Shown: positions 49,445 to 60,295, counted from the stretch's first letter. The stretch is 64,000 nt of DNA from Myxococcota bacterium (GCA_963676915.2 CAXXVK010000068.1:1-64000), one strand, 5' to 3'. Notes: generated by a model from the sequence alone, not told the origin. Translations and numbers: made by a program.

Positions 49445-51847
49445 ATGATGAATTCAAGCAACGATACAACCGATATCCTGGATATCTTCAGTAATTTGGA
49501 CGATGCGGTGATTACGACCGACGAGCGCTTCGTTGTGACATCGTGGAATCGTGCGGCGGAACGTTTGTATCGGTTGCCGTTCGATAAGGCTATGGGAGAA
49601 ACGTTGCTGCATCTAATCGAAATTCCCGGCATGGACATACCATCGGATAGCTTGAGCTTTCTGTTGGAAGACAAAGGGAGTTGGCGTGGAGAAAGCCTCC
49701 ATCATTGTATCAGTGGAGTGAGCATCTGGGTGGATTGGTCTCTGAGTCTGCTGGTTCTTCCCGGCGAAGGGCTTTCGGGAACGATTTCGATCATCAAAGA
49801 TATTTCCGAAAGAAAAGAGGCAGAAGAAGCTTTGCGAGAAAGCGAGGAACGCTTTCGGAAACTCTCCCAGGCCGCTTTTGATGGGATACTGATCCACGAA
49901 AACGGTTATCTCATCGATGTAAACGAGCGATTTGCCACGATGTATGGTTTGGATAAAAGCCAGTTTCTCGGCAAGTCGATGTACGAAATGATTGCACCGG
50001 AATATCACGGTGTTTTTGCAAAAAAATGCAATACGATCGAAGAAGTTCCTTTCGAAGTCTCGGGAATTACTCCACAAGGTCAAAACCTATCCCTCGAGCT
50101 GGTTCAAAAGCGTTGTCGATATCACGGGCGGGACGTTTTCATTGCAGCCGTGCGTGATTTGACGGATCACAAAATCCACGAAAAAACCATTTTGGAAAAC
50201 CAGCACCGCCTGAAAAAGCAAAACCGAGAACTTTTCGGGCTTGCGCAGCGCAACATTCACAACTTGGGGGATCTTGAATCGACGTTCAGCGATCTTACGC
50301 GGATGGTGGCGCATACTCTGGAAGTTCACCGAACCGGTGTGTGGATGTTCGAACAGGATGATTTCGTTCTAAAATGTGCAAAATGCTACAATCGTCAAGA
50401 GGCTCGTTTTTCAAGTGGAGAGACGATCCAATATTCCGATTGTCCCCGCTATTTCAAAGCATTGACCAATCAACGAACCCTCGCGGTGGATCAGGTGGAT
50501 AACGACTCCCGGACGAGCGATCTCCAATCTTTCCGAGGAAACAATCCTACGCCGCTTTTTTCGATTCTCGATGCCCCCGTATATCTTCGGGGAAAGCAAG
50601 TAGGCATCGTTCACAACGAGTTTTACGGCTTCATCCGCAAATGGACCCTCGACGAGCAGAATTTCCTCGGGTCGGTGGCGGATTTCGTGGCGCTGTCGAT
50701 CGAGACGATGGAACGGGATCAGTTCGAGCAATCCCTGAGGGAAAACCGCAAGTGGCTCTCTACGATATTGCACAGCGTCAGCGACGCGGTTTTAGCGACC
50801 GACAAAAACGGTATTTTGGTCTTTTTCAACCGTTCTGCACAGAACCTTCTTGAAAAAGAAACCGGTGAGCTGACTGGATCCAATGTAGAGAAAGTATTTG
50901 AAGTCGTTGATGAATTGACACTTGACCCGTTGGAAAACCCGGCCATGCAGGTGTTGAAGTCGTCCGATCCCTGTTTGATTGAAGAGGAAACCTTTTTCCG
51001 GCCCAATCGAAGCGAAGACCGCATTTTACCCGTTTCAATAATCTGCGCTCCGATGATTCCGGTAGAAGGAACCATCGAAGGATGTGTGCTCGTTTTGCGC
51101 GATCTTTCACAAAAGCGCGTGTTCGATGCTCGATTGCGGCAGCAGCAGAAACTGGAATCTTTGGGTACGTTAGCCAGTGGCGTTGCACATGAGATCAACA
51201 ACCCGATCAATAGCATCATGAATTATGCGGAGTTGATACGGGAACGAGCCAAGGAAGATGACAGCGACTTTGAATATTCTACCGAAATCATTTCGGAAAC
51301 CGAACGCGTGGCCGACATCGTTCGCAACCTTCTGGCCTTTGCCCGCCAGGAAAAAGAAACTTACGACGACTATCCCATTCAGGAATTGTTGACTTCAGTC
51401 CTAAAACTGATTGCCTCCAATTTGAAAAAGGACCGAATACAGGTCGAATTGGATTTTCCCGACAAAACGCTTTACGTCTATTGTCGTCGTCAACAGATCC
51501 AGCAGGTATTGCTCAATTTAATCACCAACGCCAAGGATGCATTGAATGAGCGGTACCCGGAAAGTCACGAAAACAAAAAGCTTACCATTCAAGCCCGATC
51601 TTTCGAAAAAGGTGAACAGGTTTGGGTTCGAATGACGTTTACGGATCACGGTGTGGGGATATCACCTAAACATCTCGGAAGAATATTTGACCCGTTTTTC
51701 ACGACGAAACCGAAAGATGTGGGAACCGGGCTGGGATTATCGCTGAGTCATGGAATCGTTTCGGAACATGGGGGAGAATTGAGAGTGGAAAGCCGGATAA
51801 ATGATTATACTCGTTTCATCCTGGAATTGCGAAATGGTGAAAAATAA
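49445..51847 (+). CDS. PAS-PAS-GAF-PAS sensor histidine kinase
   Basis: ATG 49445 or 49448; H-box GVAHEINNP, N-box NLITNAKDA, DHGVG, FDPFFTTK and GTGLGL. Confidence 0.9.
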   Translation: MMNSSNDTTDILDIFSNLDDAVITTDERFVVTSWNRAAERLYRLPFDKAMGETLLHLIEIPGMDIPSDSLSFLLEDKGSWRGESLHHCISGVSIWVDWSLSLLVLPGEGLSGTISIIKDISERKEAEEALRESEERFRKLSQAAFDGILIHENGYLIDVNERFATMYGLDKSQFLGKSMYEMIAPEYHGVFAKKCNTIEEVPFEVSGITPQGQNLSLELVQKRCRYHGRDVFIAAVRDLTDHKIHEKTILENQHRLKKQNRELFGLAQRNIHNLGDLESTFSDLTRMVAHTLEVHRTGVWMFEQDDFVLKCAKCYNRQEARFSSGETIQYSDCPRYFKALTNQRTLAVDQVDNDSRTSDLQSFRGNNPTPLFSILDAPVYLRGKQVGIVHNEFYGFIRKWTLDEQNFLGSVADFVALSIETMERDQFEQSLRENRKWLSTILHSVSDAVLATDKNGILVFFNRSAQNLLEKETGELTGSNVEKVFEVVDELTLDPLENPAMQVLKSSDPCLIEEETFFRPNRSEDRILPVSIICAPMIPVEGTIEGCVLVLRDLSQKRVFDARLRQQQKLESLGTLASGVAHEINNPINSIMNYAELIRERAKEDDSDFEYSTEIISETERVADIVRNLLAFARQEKETYDDYPIQELLTSVLKLIASNLKKDRIQVELDFPDKTLYVYCRRQQIQQVLLNLITNAKDALNERYPESHENKKLTIQARSFEKGEQVWVRMTFTDHGVGISPKHLGRIFDPFFTTKPKDVGTGLGLSLSHGIVSEHGGELRVESRINDYTRFILELRNGEK

Positions 51848-51888
51848 ATTATTCTGATTTTACTTGGATTTTCGAAAGTACCGCATTC

Positions 51889-54261
51889 ATGGCCAGAATT
51901 TTTATCATCGACGACGAAAAAGGTATTCGTTTCACACTCCGCGAATTTTTGGTGGACGAGGGCCATGATGTCTCTACAGCGGAGGATGGAAAAGATGCCC
52001 TGGAGCAAATTAAAGACAAAACCTTCGATGTTGTCGTAACGGACCTGATTCTTCCCGATATCCATGGCGTGGACCTGCTCCGAAAAATTCGTGTGACCCA
52101 ACCGGACGTTCAGGCGATCATCATAACGGGCGAACCCAATGTGGATACCGCCGTCGAGGCAGTACGTTTCAACGCTTTCGACTATCTTTACAAGCCGGTT
52201 ACTCGACAAGCGATTTGCCGGGTGGTGCAAAATGCCGCAGAAGTCAAGCACTTAAGCGACGAAAACAAACGTCTGTTCGAGGAAAACGAGCGTCATCGAC
52301 ATGCATTGGAAGATCAGGTCAAGGATCGTACTCAAAAGCTTCATTATAGTGAAGAAATGTACCGGAATCTCGTCGAACTTGCCGACGACGGGATTTGTAT
52401 CGTTCAAAACGGTGTAATTAGGTATGCCAATAGTTGTCTTTGTGAGATGCTTGGTTGTCCCATCGACGAACTGTTGGGTCGCTTTTATGTCGATTTCATT
52501 CATCCGGATCATCGCCACGCTGTTTCAAATATGCTGGAAAAACACCTTTCCGGTGAAAGAAATCTTGGGATTGTCGAACTGGAAATTGTAAGGGATGACG
52601 ATTCGGTGGTTTACGCCGAATTGAGTTCGAGTCTCGTTCACCATGAAGGGAAAGAGGCCGAGCTTGTCATCGTTCGTGATATTTCCTTGCGGGTGATGTC
52701 TGACAACGCTCTTAGGGAAAGTGAAGAACGATACCGACAGCTTGTCATTAATGCTCCGGTAGGAATTTTATCCACGGACGTTCGCGGCGATATTGTCAGC
52801 CTGAACCCGAGGTTGCTTAAATTACTTGGCTCTCCTTCGGCTCATGCCACTCGAAACATCAATATGTTGACGTTCGAGCCGTTGGTGCAAGCCGGTATTT
52901 CGGCGGATTTCAAGCGTTGTCTCGATACCGGGGAGTCTTTTGTTGCCGAAAATCCCTATATCACGAAATGGGGGAAACGTACCCATTTGCGTTACCACAT
53001 AACTCCGGTGAAAGATTCGGAAAATCAGATTGCCGGTATTCAAGCCATCGTCGAAGATATCTCCCAACAAAAAGAATCCGAATTGGAGCAAATCCGCCTG
53101 GAAAAACAACTGCGAAAAATCCAGAATTTCAAGGAAATCGGTAACATGGCGGCGGATGTGGCTCACGAATTCAACAACATTCTAACCAGTATCGCCGGGC
53201 ATACGGAAATTCTTCAAATTTCCCTGGAAAGCGGTGACGATGTGCAGGGTGAGATCGATGAAATCAACCGTGCGCTTCGTCGAGCCATTTCTTTGACTCG
53301 CCAACTTCAAAGCTTCAATGTCCGTCCATCGTCTGAAAACGAAGACTCCATCGAAATCAACGAGAATCTTCTTGCCATGAAGCCTTCTCTTCGTAGCACT
53401 CTTGGGAGTCGTTGCGAACTGGAAATGGAACTCGATCCGCGTCCCTGTCACGTTGCTGTGGATGAAGGACAATTCAGCCAATTTCTTCTCAATATTGCCG
53501 GTACGGTAGCTAAAAGTATCTCGAAGAATGGAACATTCTGGATTCAAACAAGAATTCGGGATTTGTCCATCAAAAACAGTGAAGACGAAGATGTCATCGA
53601 AAACAAACCTGTTCCCGAATATCGGGTAGCGATTACATTGCGTGACAATGGAAAAGGGTTCTCCCCCAAGGAACTAAACAGTCTGTTCGATACCGATTCG
53701 TCAAAACCCGATCCGAAACGTCTTCGTGGTCTTGGGTTAGCTACGGCGAAATGGATCGTGCAGCACAACCACGGAGAGTTCGACGTTCAATCGATACCGA
53801 ATGAAGGAACGACGGTAACTGTTTCATTTCCCTTGGTTTTTAAGGATGTCGAGTCTCTGCAACCTTTGGATTCTCCTGTTAAGGCTGAACGTCCGAAGAC
53901 GATTCTGATGGTGGAGGATGACCCCACTGTGAGTAATCTTGTGAACCACGTTCTGGTAGATAGAGGATACAAAGTGCTGTTTGCGGACAATTCCCCTGAC
54001 GCATTGGAACTCTCCGAAACGACAGAAGAAACCATTGACCTCTTGTTGACGGACGTGATGCTTCCGAATATCAACGGTATTGAACTCGCGAAAAAAATTC
54101 GTGAACGGCATCAAAAGATCAGTATCGTTTACATGTCCGGGTACAGTATTGAAAAATTCTTCGGAGATGAAGCGATTGGTAACGATGTTGATTTTTTGCA
54201 AAAACCCTTTTCTATCGAAAACCTCACTTCCACGATCCACCGTCTTCTTTTAAGTGCCTGA
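51889..54261 (+). CDS. REC-PAS-PAS-HisKA-HATPase(degenerate)-REC hybrid signalling protein
   Basis: N-terminal REC (IDDE, TDLILP, KP), two PAS domains, AHEFNN, DNGKG, GLGLA and a C-terminal REC (VEDD, TDVMLP, KP). Starts 41 bp after the preceding kinase. Confidence 0.88.
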   Translation: MARIFIIDDEKGIRFTLREFLVDEGHDVSTAEDGKDALEQIKDKTFDVVVTDLILPDIHGVDLLRKIRVTQPDVQAIIITGEPNVDTAVEAVRFNAFDYLYKPVTRQAICRVVQNAAEVKHLSDENKRLFEENERHRHALEDQVKDRTQKLHYSEEMYRNLVELADDGICIVQNGVIRYANSCLCEMLGCPIDELLGRFYVDFIHPDHRHAVSNMLEKHLSGERNLGIVELEIVRDDDSVVYAELSSSLVHHEGKEAELVIVRDISLRVMSDNALRESEERYRQLVINAPVGILSTDVRGDIVSLNPRLLKLLGSPSAHATRNINMLTFEPLVQAGISADFKRCLDTGESFVAENPYITKWGKRTHLRYHITPVKDSENQIAGIQAIVEDISQQKESELEQIRLEKQLRKIQNFKEIGNMAADVAHEFNNILTSIAGHTEILQISLESGDDVQGEIDEINRALRRAISLTRQLQSFNVRPSSENEDSIEINENLLAMKPSLRSTLGSRCELEMELDPRPCHVAVDEGQFSQFLLNIAGTVAKSISKNGTFWIQTRIRDLSIKNSEDEDVIENKPVPEYRVAITLRDNGKGFSPKELNSLFDTDSSKPDPKRLRGLGLATAKWIVQHNHGEFDVQSIPNEGTTVTVSFPLVFKDVESLQPLDSPVKAERPKTILMVEDDPTVSNLVNHVLVDRGYKVLFADNSPDALELSETTEETIDLLLTDVMLPNINGIELAKKIRERHQKISIVYMSGYSIEKFFGDEAIGNDVDFLQKPFSIENLTSTIHRLLLSA

Positions 54262-54440
54262 TTTCTTCGATGGATTCTGTGAGGTAACCCGTCCAAATTC
54301 CCGAAAACAAAATCTGTAGGGATTGAAAAAAATCCCGAAACACGATAAAACGTGCAAAATAGAAGCACTTGGCCTATAATACATACTCTGTACATTATAT
54401 TCGATTCGTTTTTACCTCATTCTTTCGGACGACAACGTTA

Positions 54441-56726
54441 ATGAAGCCCCTTTTTATACTTGTGCTTTCCGTGCCGCATTTGTTGTTGGGAGCGATCACG
54501 CTTTTCGCGCTGTTCGACATGCCCGGCGTGCGTGCGGCCGATGGGCACACTGCGATCAATGAAAAAGTCATCGAAGAACCTGCAACCGTGGATCGTCTGG
54601 CTTCTGTTTCCGTACAGCAGGAAACACCCAACATCCCGAAATCTATAACGAAACGGGAAGCGATTACGCTTCCGTTGTCGCAGATTTCCACCCAGGCCGA
54701 TTTTCATGACCGAGGGTTGTGGATCAAAGGTGGGACGGAAGAATTCGAAGCCCACATTCGTGGTGGCTGGAAAAACGGTTGGTCCTCGCCTAGAAAAGAT
54801 AATGATGGAACGCTTTTCCATTCGACGACCGAGCATCATGCCATCATGGATGTTCACCTGCCTTGGCAGGAAACCCTACATGTGCGGATTCGTGCCCGAT
54901 TGACTCGTGGCTATACCTCCGTAACTTTGAAGCTAAGAGGGGAAGATCCTGTAAAACTGTCCGCTCCGGCCGGAGAGGGCTGGCATATTCTGGAAGGTAC
55001 ACTGACCCCGGCTAATCGCCAATTGTACACTTCACTTTATGTTCAGACCCCAGGAGTGGAAGTGGATTGGTTGCATATCTATCCCGAATCGGAAAGCTCG
55101 ATGAAAGAAGAGTTTCCCGATCATCCTCCTGTCTTTTTCCAGGACCGCCACGGAAGTCCCGCGCTCGAAATGCGTCCTGGCCGCAAAGCCGTATATTGGT
55201 TGGAACCGACCGAAAAATCTTTCTTGCGATGGTTACCGGTTTTCGAAGCCGATCCGAGTCACGAACCGGGAGCGTTGACGTTTTCCATTCGTATCGCTCC
55301 GATGGGTGGCGAAGAAACCTGGATTCTCTACTCATATGATCGTGGACAAGCCTCCCTGCCGTTTGCCCATCCGGAGGAAATCGATCTTTCCGGTTATGCC
55401 AACGACCTCGTTCGGGTGGAATTATCGATTGAAGGGGGTCATTCCAGGGATCGTCTATGGCTGGAAAAACCCGAATTCGGTCGTTACGAACCGGAACGTT
55501 TGGTATCGAAGTCCTGGGAACCGCCCAAACACGTTTTGGTTTATATTTCCGATACGTTACGGTGGGATAAAGTCCGAAGCTACAATCCCGATTCCAGGGT
55601 AAAAAGCGAGTTTTTCGACCAAACCGTTCGGAATGGAATTCTTTTCAAGCATGCCTATGTACAGGGGAATTCCTCGAAACCCAGCCAGGCCACACTTTTG
55701 ACGGGCGGGTATCCCCAAAGCCTCAAAATGATTCGCCATGGCGATGTGCTGGATGACCGGCAGTTCCCGACGTTTCCGATGCTTGTGAAAGAGAAAAAGC
55801 CTGAAATCGTCACGACGATGCTTTCCAGCAACGGCTATGTGAGTACCCGCTTCGGTTTCGGAGGAGGGTGGAATTACAACGTCAATACGATTCGCGAAAG
55901 CCTTTGCAGTGATACGGAAAACCTCATCGATATTCTCGAAAACCGCTGGGATTCCTTGAAAATCAACGAAAGCGGCTCGATCAACTGGATGGTTACCATC
56001 GATCCACACGTGCCTTACAAGCCACCGACAGACATTCTGGCTCGCTACGATACGTTGGATTACAACGGGGCGATCAACCCGAATCGGACGGCCTGGTATC
56101 TATTGGATATCAAACGGAAAAAAGTGCATCCTTCCCCGCGTGACATGCGGCGTCTGACCGCTCTGTACGATGGTGAAGTGGATTACAACATCGAACAATA
56201 CGGGCGTCTGCTCGATTACTATCGCAATCGGGAAATGCTGGACGATACGATGATCGTCATCACCTCGGATCATGGGGACGAGTTCCTCGAACACGGCAGT
56301 GCCGGGCACGGACATAGCCTTTATAACGAACTGGTGCGAGTGCCGTTGATCGTTTCCTATCCCAAATGCCTGCCCAAGGGTAAAGTTGTGGAAGAAGCGA
56401 CCGAATTGGCAGGTTTAGTGCCTACGCTTTTGGAAGCTATGGGACTGCCGGTGCCCGCTTCGGTGGAGGGAAAAAGCTGGCTACCAAGGCTTCAAGGACA
56501 AATTGCGGAGCCTTTGAACGCACCTATTGCTCATTCGGCATTCATGGGTACGATGCGCATGGGAGCCTCGGCGCGTTGGAAGCTTATCGAACGCTCGAAA
56601 CGTGATCCGTACCTGTTCGATATTGCTAACGATAAATATGAAGCACAAAACCTGATAAATGAGCGGCAAGATGCCGTCTACTATCTTAGAAAACGGATGG
56701 CTAAATGGCTGCGAGAAGAACATTGA
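54441..56726 (+). CDS. Exported sulfatase-like hydrolase/transferase (alkaline phosphatase superfamily) with a large N-terminal beta-rich region
   Basis: Hydrophobic N-terminus MKPLFILVL...; motifs ISDTLRWD, SKPSQATLLTG, DPHVPY, YDGEV, TSDHGDEF, GHGHSLYNE and VPLI. Confidence 0.85.
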   Translation: MKPLFILVLSVPHLLLGAITLFALFDMPGVRAADGHTAINEKVIEEPATVDRLASVSVQQETPNIPKSITKREAITLPLSQISTQADFHDRGLWIKGGTEEFEAHIRGGWKNGWSSPRKDNDGTLFHSTTEHHAIMDVHLPWQETLHVRIRARLTRGYTSVTLKLRGEDPVKLSAPAGEGWHILEGTLTPANRQLYTSLYVQTPGVEVDWLHIYPESESSMKEEFPDHPPVFFQDRHGSPALEMRPGRKAVYWLEPTEKSFLRWLPVFEADPSHEPGALTFSIRIAPMGGEETWILYSYDRGQASLPFAHPEEIDLSGYANDLVRVELSIEGGHSRDRLWLEKPEFGRYEPERLVSKSWEPPKHVLVYISDTLRWDKVRSYNPDSRVKSEFFDQTVRNGILFKHAYVQGNSSKPSQATLLTGGYPQSLKMIRHGDVLDDRQFPTFPMLVKEKKPEIVTTMLSSNGYVSTRFGFGGGWNYNVNTIRESLCSDTENLIDILENRWDSLKINESGSINWMVTIDPHVPYKPPTDILARYDTLDYNGAINPNRTAWYLLDIKRKKVHPSPRDMRRLTALYDGEVDYNIEQYGRLLDYYRNREMLDDTMIVITSDHGDEFLEHGSAGHGHSLYNELVRVPLIVSYPKCLPKGKVVEEATELAGLVPTLLEAMGLPVPASVEGKSWLPRLQGQIAEPLNAPIAHSAFMGTMRMGASARWKLIERSKRDPYLFDIANDKYEAQNLINERQDAVYYLRKRMAKWLREEH

Positions 56727-56874
56727 CGTTATGCGAAAACTAAAAGTCAGTGTAAAGATGGCGTTTTTTCGCGTTGATTTCAAATAGAACCTTGTTTATT
56801 GAATCGAACTGGTGCTAGGTTGAAAAAGTTAGAGTGGAAATGCTTCGTTAACCGTGAGTTGTGAACTGTAATCC

Positions 56875-58152
56875 ATGAACGAGAAACTTGAAAAAACTCA
56901 ATCCCTGGTCAGTCAGGGAAAAACCAGCGAAGCTATTCATTTGCTCAAAGAATGCGATACGGATTCCTGGACCGATCAGGAAATGATCGAGCGGTACAAT
57001 CTTTGGGGAAATACTTTGCTCGACATGGACAAATCTCAGGAAGCTGTCAACGTTTTCAAGAGATCGATCGAGCTTTTTCCTGACGAACCGATTTTGCTTT
57101 CCAATTTCGGACTGGCGTTGTTGAACATCAAGGAATTTGATGAATCTCTTAAGCAATTACGGCAAGCCCAGCGTCTTGAGCCGAAAAATCCCAATTTTCA
57201 GTACAATTTAGGTTTTTATTTCGAAACGACAAACAATTGGGGAAGTGCAAGAGAGCGATACGAAGCCGCCATTCGTCGGGATAAAAATTTCGCTGCCGCT
57301 CATTACGGTGTTGCCCGTTGTGAAGAAGAACTTGGCGATTATGATGCCGCTTCAAAATCCTATGATCGTTATCTCGAACTCGATCCGAAACGGCTGAACA
57401 TCTTGTTGGCTGCTGCCCGCGCTCATCATTTGGCGGGACATTCCGATACGGTCCGTTACTATCTGGACAAAGCCCTTGAAATCGCACCGGAGCGGCAGGA
57501 CGTCCATTTCCATCGGATGGTCGGTTCCTATTACACCCATGATGTGGATCGTTTCGACGAAGAATTCGAATGGTTTCGCAAGCACGCACCGAATTCTCCA
57601 GACTACTTCATCGCTGCCAGTGCGTCTTCCATGCTCAGGGATGATTCGAAGCAAAGCATCGCCATGGGCTGGCAAGCGGTCAAGAACGTGATGGAAGTTA
57701 CGGAAATCGATTGGGAAAAAGCAAATTTCGTACTTTGCTGGACCATGAGCCTCTGTACCCATTTAAAGGCCGATGACGAAGTGCAGGCATTGTACGAATA
57801 CACGCTTCCTTACGGATTTCTTCCCGAAGCCTTTTTAAGCGATTACCGACATGCGACCAATGCACGAATGGATGAAGCTGTACAGGTCCATCTCGTGCTC
57901 GACGCTGCCGATTCGAAGTATTCAATCCGCTTTAGTCCTCGCTCGTCAAACGAAGAGGAACGCTATCTCAGATCCTATGTAATCAATGCCCGTGACGAAC
58001 AGGAAGCTCGACTGATCGCGATTCGCACCGAATGGGAAATGCAGGGACGTGATGTAAGGGTGGAACGTGTCGTCAGCAATCGTGCCATGGTCAAAATCCA
58101 TCCCGGATTGGTATACATTTCGGGAAAAATCCTCTACAACGAACAAAACTGA
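56875..58152 (+). CDS. Tetratricopeptide repeat protein
   Basis: Several consecutive 34-aa TPR-like units (e.g. NFGLALL...QAQRLEP..P...YNLG; YGVARCEEELGDYDAA...Y.RYLELDP). Confidence 0.85.
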   Translation: MNEKLEKTQSLVSQGKTSEAIHLLKECDTDSWTDQEMIERYNLWGNTLLDMDKSQEAVNVFKRSIELFPDEPILLSNFGLALLNIKEFDESLKQLRQAQRLEPKNPNFQYNLGFYFETTNNWGSARERYEAAIRRDKNFAAAHYGVARCEEELGDYDAASKSYDRYLELDPKRLNILLAAARAHHLAGHSDTVRYYLDKALEIAPERQDVHFHRMVGSYYTHDVDRFDEEFEWFRKHAPNSPDYFIAASASSMLRDDSKQSIAMGWQAVKNVMEVTEIDWEKANFVLCWTMSLCTHLKADDEVQALYEYTLPYGFLPEAFLSDYRHATNARMDEAVQVHLVLDAADSKYSIRFSPRSSNEEERYLRSYVINARDEQEARLIAIRTEWEMQGRDVRVERVVSNRAMVKIHPGLVYISGKILYNEQN

Positions 58153-58249
58153 GCGTTTCGAATCGTCTTTTCGTTGCTTTGCATGTTACCCGCATCAAAA
58201 CGTTACGATGATTCAAAACCCGATCGACATTCGAAAAGGAGTTCTCCCC

Positions 58250-60271
58250 ATGGGTCGTTCGAACCTATTTTTGACCGTAGGAATCGTTTTTTTACTCTTT
58301 GCAGTGTTTATCGAGCCGGCTTTTGCTTTAACGGTCGGTGTTGCTCCTGCGACACGGAAAATCCTCTACGATACGCCGATGCCCGATGTTGCCGAAGCCG
58401 ACCTTAAGGCTGCGCGCAACGAATGGGAAGGGTTTCAAATCGTCGTGCGGTCGGACGGACCCATTCAGGGGGTCAACGTTACGGTAAGTTCGCTCGAAGG
58501 TCCGAACGGTGCGACGATCCCCAGTGAAAACGCCACGTTATACCGAGAATGGTACGTCGAGATCGTCAACGATTCTCCGACTTCTTTGGAGGAGGATTAC
58601 CCCCGCGACCTCGGTTTTTACCCGGACCCGCTGGTGCCGTTTTTCGATCCGTATTCCACAGAGACGAAAGCCGTCGGTGCGCCTTTCAACGTGGGGGATG
58701 GCGAAACCGGATTGGTTTTCGTGGACTGGCATGTACCGCTGGATGCCGCACCGGGAACTTATACCGGAAAAGCCACACTGACTGCCGAAGGTGAAACCGC
58801 AGTGGAGATTCCGATAACGCTGCTGGTTTGGGATTTCGATATCCCCCAGGAGCGCAGTTTCGGCACGGCGTTCGGTTTCTCGGATAACCTGCGCGATCAC
58901 CACGGCGGTCCCAACGAAGAAGCAACCGATAATTATGAAGAAATCGTCAAACGTTACCATTGGGCGATGCATGATCATCGAATGGACCTTACGCACATCA
59001 AAGGTCAGGTAAGTTTCGAATTCGACGAAAACGGCGATCTGCTCCCCATCGACTGGACCGCCTACGACGCCTATGTCGGGCCGTTTCTTTCGGGTGAATA
59101 CTTCCCGGACGGCATCCCAGTGGCTCGGTTCAACGTCGGTTATTTTCGTCCAGGTCGTGGATTGGGATCGATGACGGAGGACCAGTACGTCGAAGCTTCA
59201 CAGGCTTTTGCAAAGCATTTGCAGGAAAAAGGATGGTTGGAAAAGGCGTACAACTATGCTGCGGACGAGCCTTGGATGGAAGAAGACGACCATGAGTACC
59301 AGCAGATTCGCACGGACGGAGAATTGTTGCTGAGAGAAAACGATCTATGGAAAGGGCGAATTCTCGTGACCAGCCCTTGGAACGAAATCATTCAGGATGT
59401 CATCGGTATCTGGTGCCCGGTGACGCCGATGTACGAAGAATGGTGGTGGCTGGAAAGCGGTATGGCCGGACGGGAAAAATACGCGGAATGCTTGGACGAT
59501 GGTCAGAAGTTGTGGTTTTACGCCTGCAATGCCAACGTGCCGCCTTATGCCGGGTACGATATGGATACGAAGATCGGATACGAGCCGCGTATCATGAAAT
59601 GGGGAACCTGGTATGAAAAAGCCAGCGGATTCCTGTATTGGCGGGTAAACTACTGGGTCAACGACGATCCGTGGAAAGAGTTTCTCAACGTCGAATCCTT
59701 CGGTGAGACCTTCGCTCGCAACGGTGACGGAAATCTTCTGTATCCCGGCGATCACAACGGCATCGCGGACGGCAAAGGCTCGCCCGATGGTATCGAAATC
59801 GATGGTCCTATCGTGTCCTACCGCATGAAGCAGATCCGCGATGGATTCGAAGACTGGGAAATGTTCATCCTGGCGTCCCAACTGGGAGCGGAGGATTTCG
59901 TTCGCGAGCAGGTGGAAAGAGCCTATACGAAGTTCGGTACCTGGTTGTTGGAAGACTGCAGTAATCCCGGTATGTATTGCGCCGATCATCCCCCATGGAC
60001 TCGTGACGAAGACGTGTTGCTGGATGCCCGTGAGCAGGTGGCTTTGAAAGTCCAATACCTGTTGCATCCCGAAACCTACACCGATCCGGAAGGCGGAACG
60101 GTGACGGACGGCGATGTGGACGACGAAACCGGTACGGACACGGAAACTCCGGTTGTGTCGAAAAAGGACGACAGCGGTAGTTGCCGATCGGTTCCGATTG
60201 CCGGTTTGGGTGGAGCCGCATGGTTGTTGGCGGTTTTGGGGGTTCTACGGGTTCGGCGGCAACGACAGTAA
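58250..60271 (+). CDS. DUF4091 / GH123-like secreted glycoside hydrolase with a MYXO-CTERM-like sorting tail
   Basis: ATG 58250 with AAAGGAG RBS; signal peptide ending AFA; motifs AARNEWEGFQ, YPDPLVP, ADEP, GFLYW, GDGNLLYPG and SYRMKQIRDGFEDWE; C-terminus DDSGSCRSV...AWLLAVLGVLRVRRQRQ. Confidence 0.82.
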   Translation: MGRSNLFLTVGIVFLLFAVFIEPAFALTVGVAPATRKILYDTPMPDVAEADLKAARNEWEGFQIVVRSDGPIQGVNVTVSSLEGPNGATIPSENATLYREWYVEIVNDSPTSLEEDYPRDLGFYPDPLVPFFDPYSTETKAVGAPFNVGDGETGLVFVDWHVPLDAAPGTYTGKATLTAEGETAVEIPITLLVWDFDIPQERSFGTAFGFSDNLRDHHGGPNEEATDNYEEIVKRYHWAMHDHRMDLTHIKGQVSFEFDENGDLLPIDWTAYDAYVGPFLSGEYFPDGIPVARFNVGYFRPGRGLGSMTEDQYVEASQAFAKHLQEKGWLEKAYNYAADEPWMEEDDHEYQQIRTDGELLLRENDLWKGRILVTSPWNEIIQDVIGIWCPVTPMYEEWWWLESGMAGREKYAECLDDGQKLWFYACNANVPPYAGYDMDTKIGYEPRIMKWGTWYEKASGFLYWRVNYWVNDDPWKEFLNVESFGETFARNGDGNLLYPGDHNGIADGKGSPDGIEIDGPIVSYRMKQIRDGFEDWEMFILASQLGAEDFVREQVERAYTKFGTWLLEDCSNPGMYCADHPPWTRDEDVLLDAREQVALKVQYLLHPETYTDPEGGTVTDGDVDDETGTDTETPVVSKKDDSGSCRSVPIAGLGGAAWLLAVLGVLRVRRQRQ

Positions 60272-60295
60272 AATCACGGAACGAATAGTGAAATT

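Noticed and set aside
49255-49445. SAM riboswitch or T-box upstream of metY
   Set aside because: No SAM-I core (ATC.AGAG, GAGGGA..GGCCC) or T-box motif recognisable by eye.
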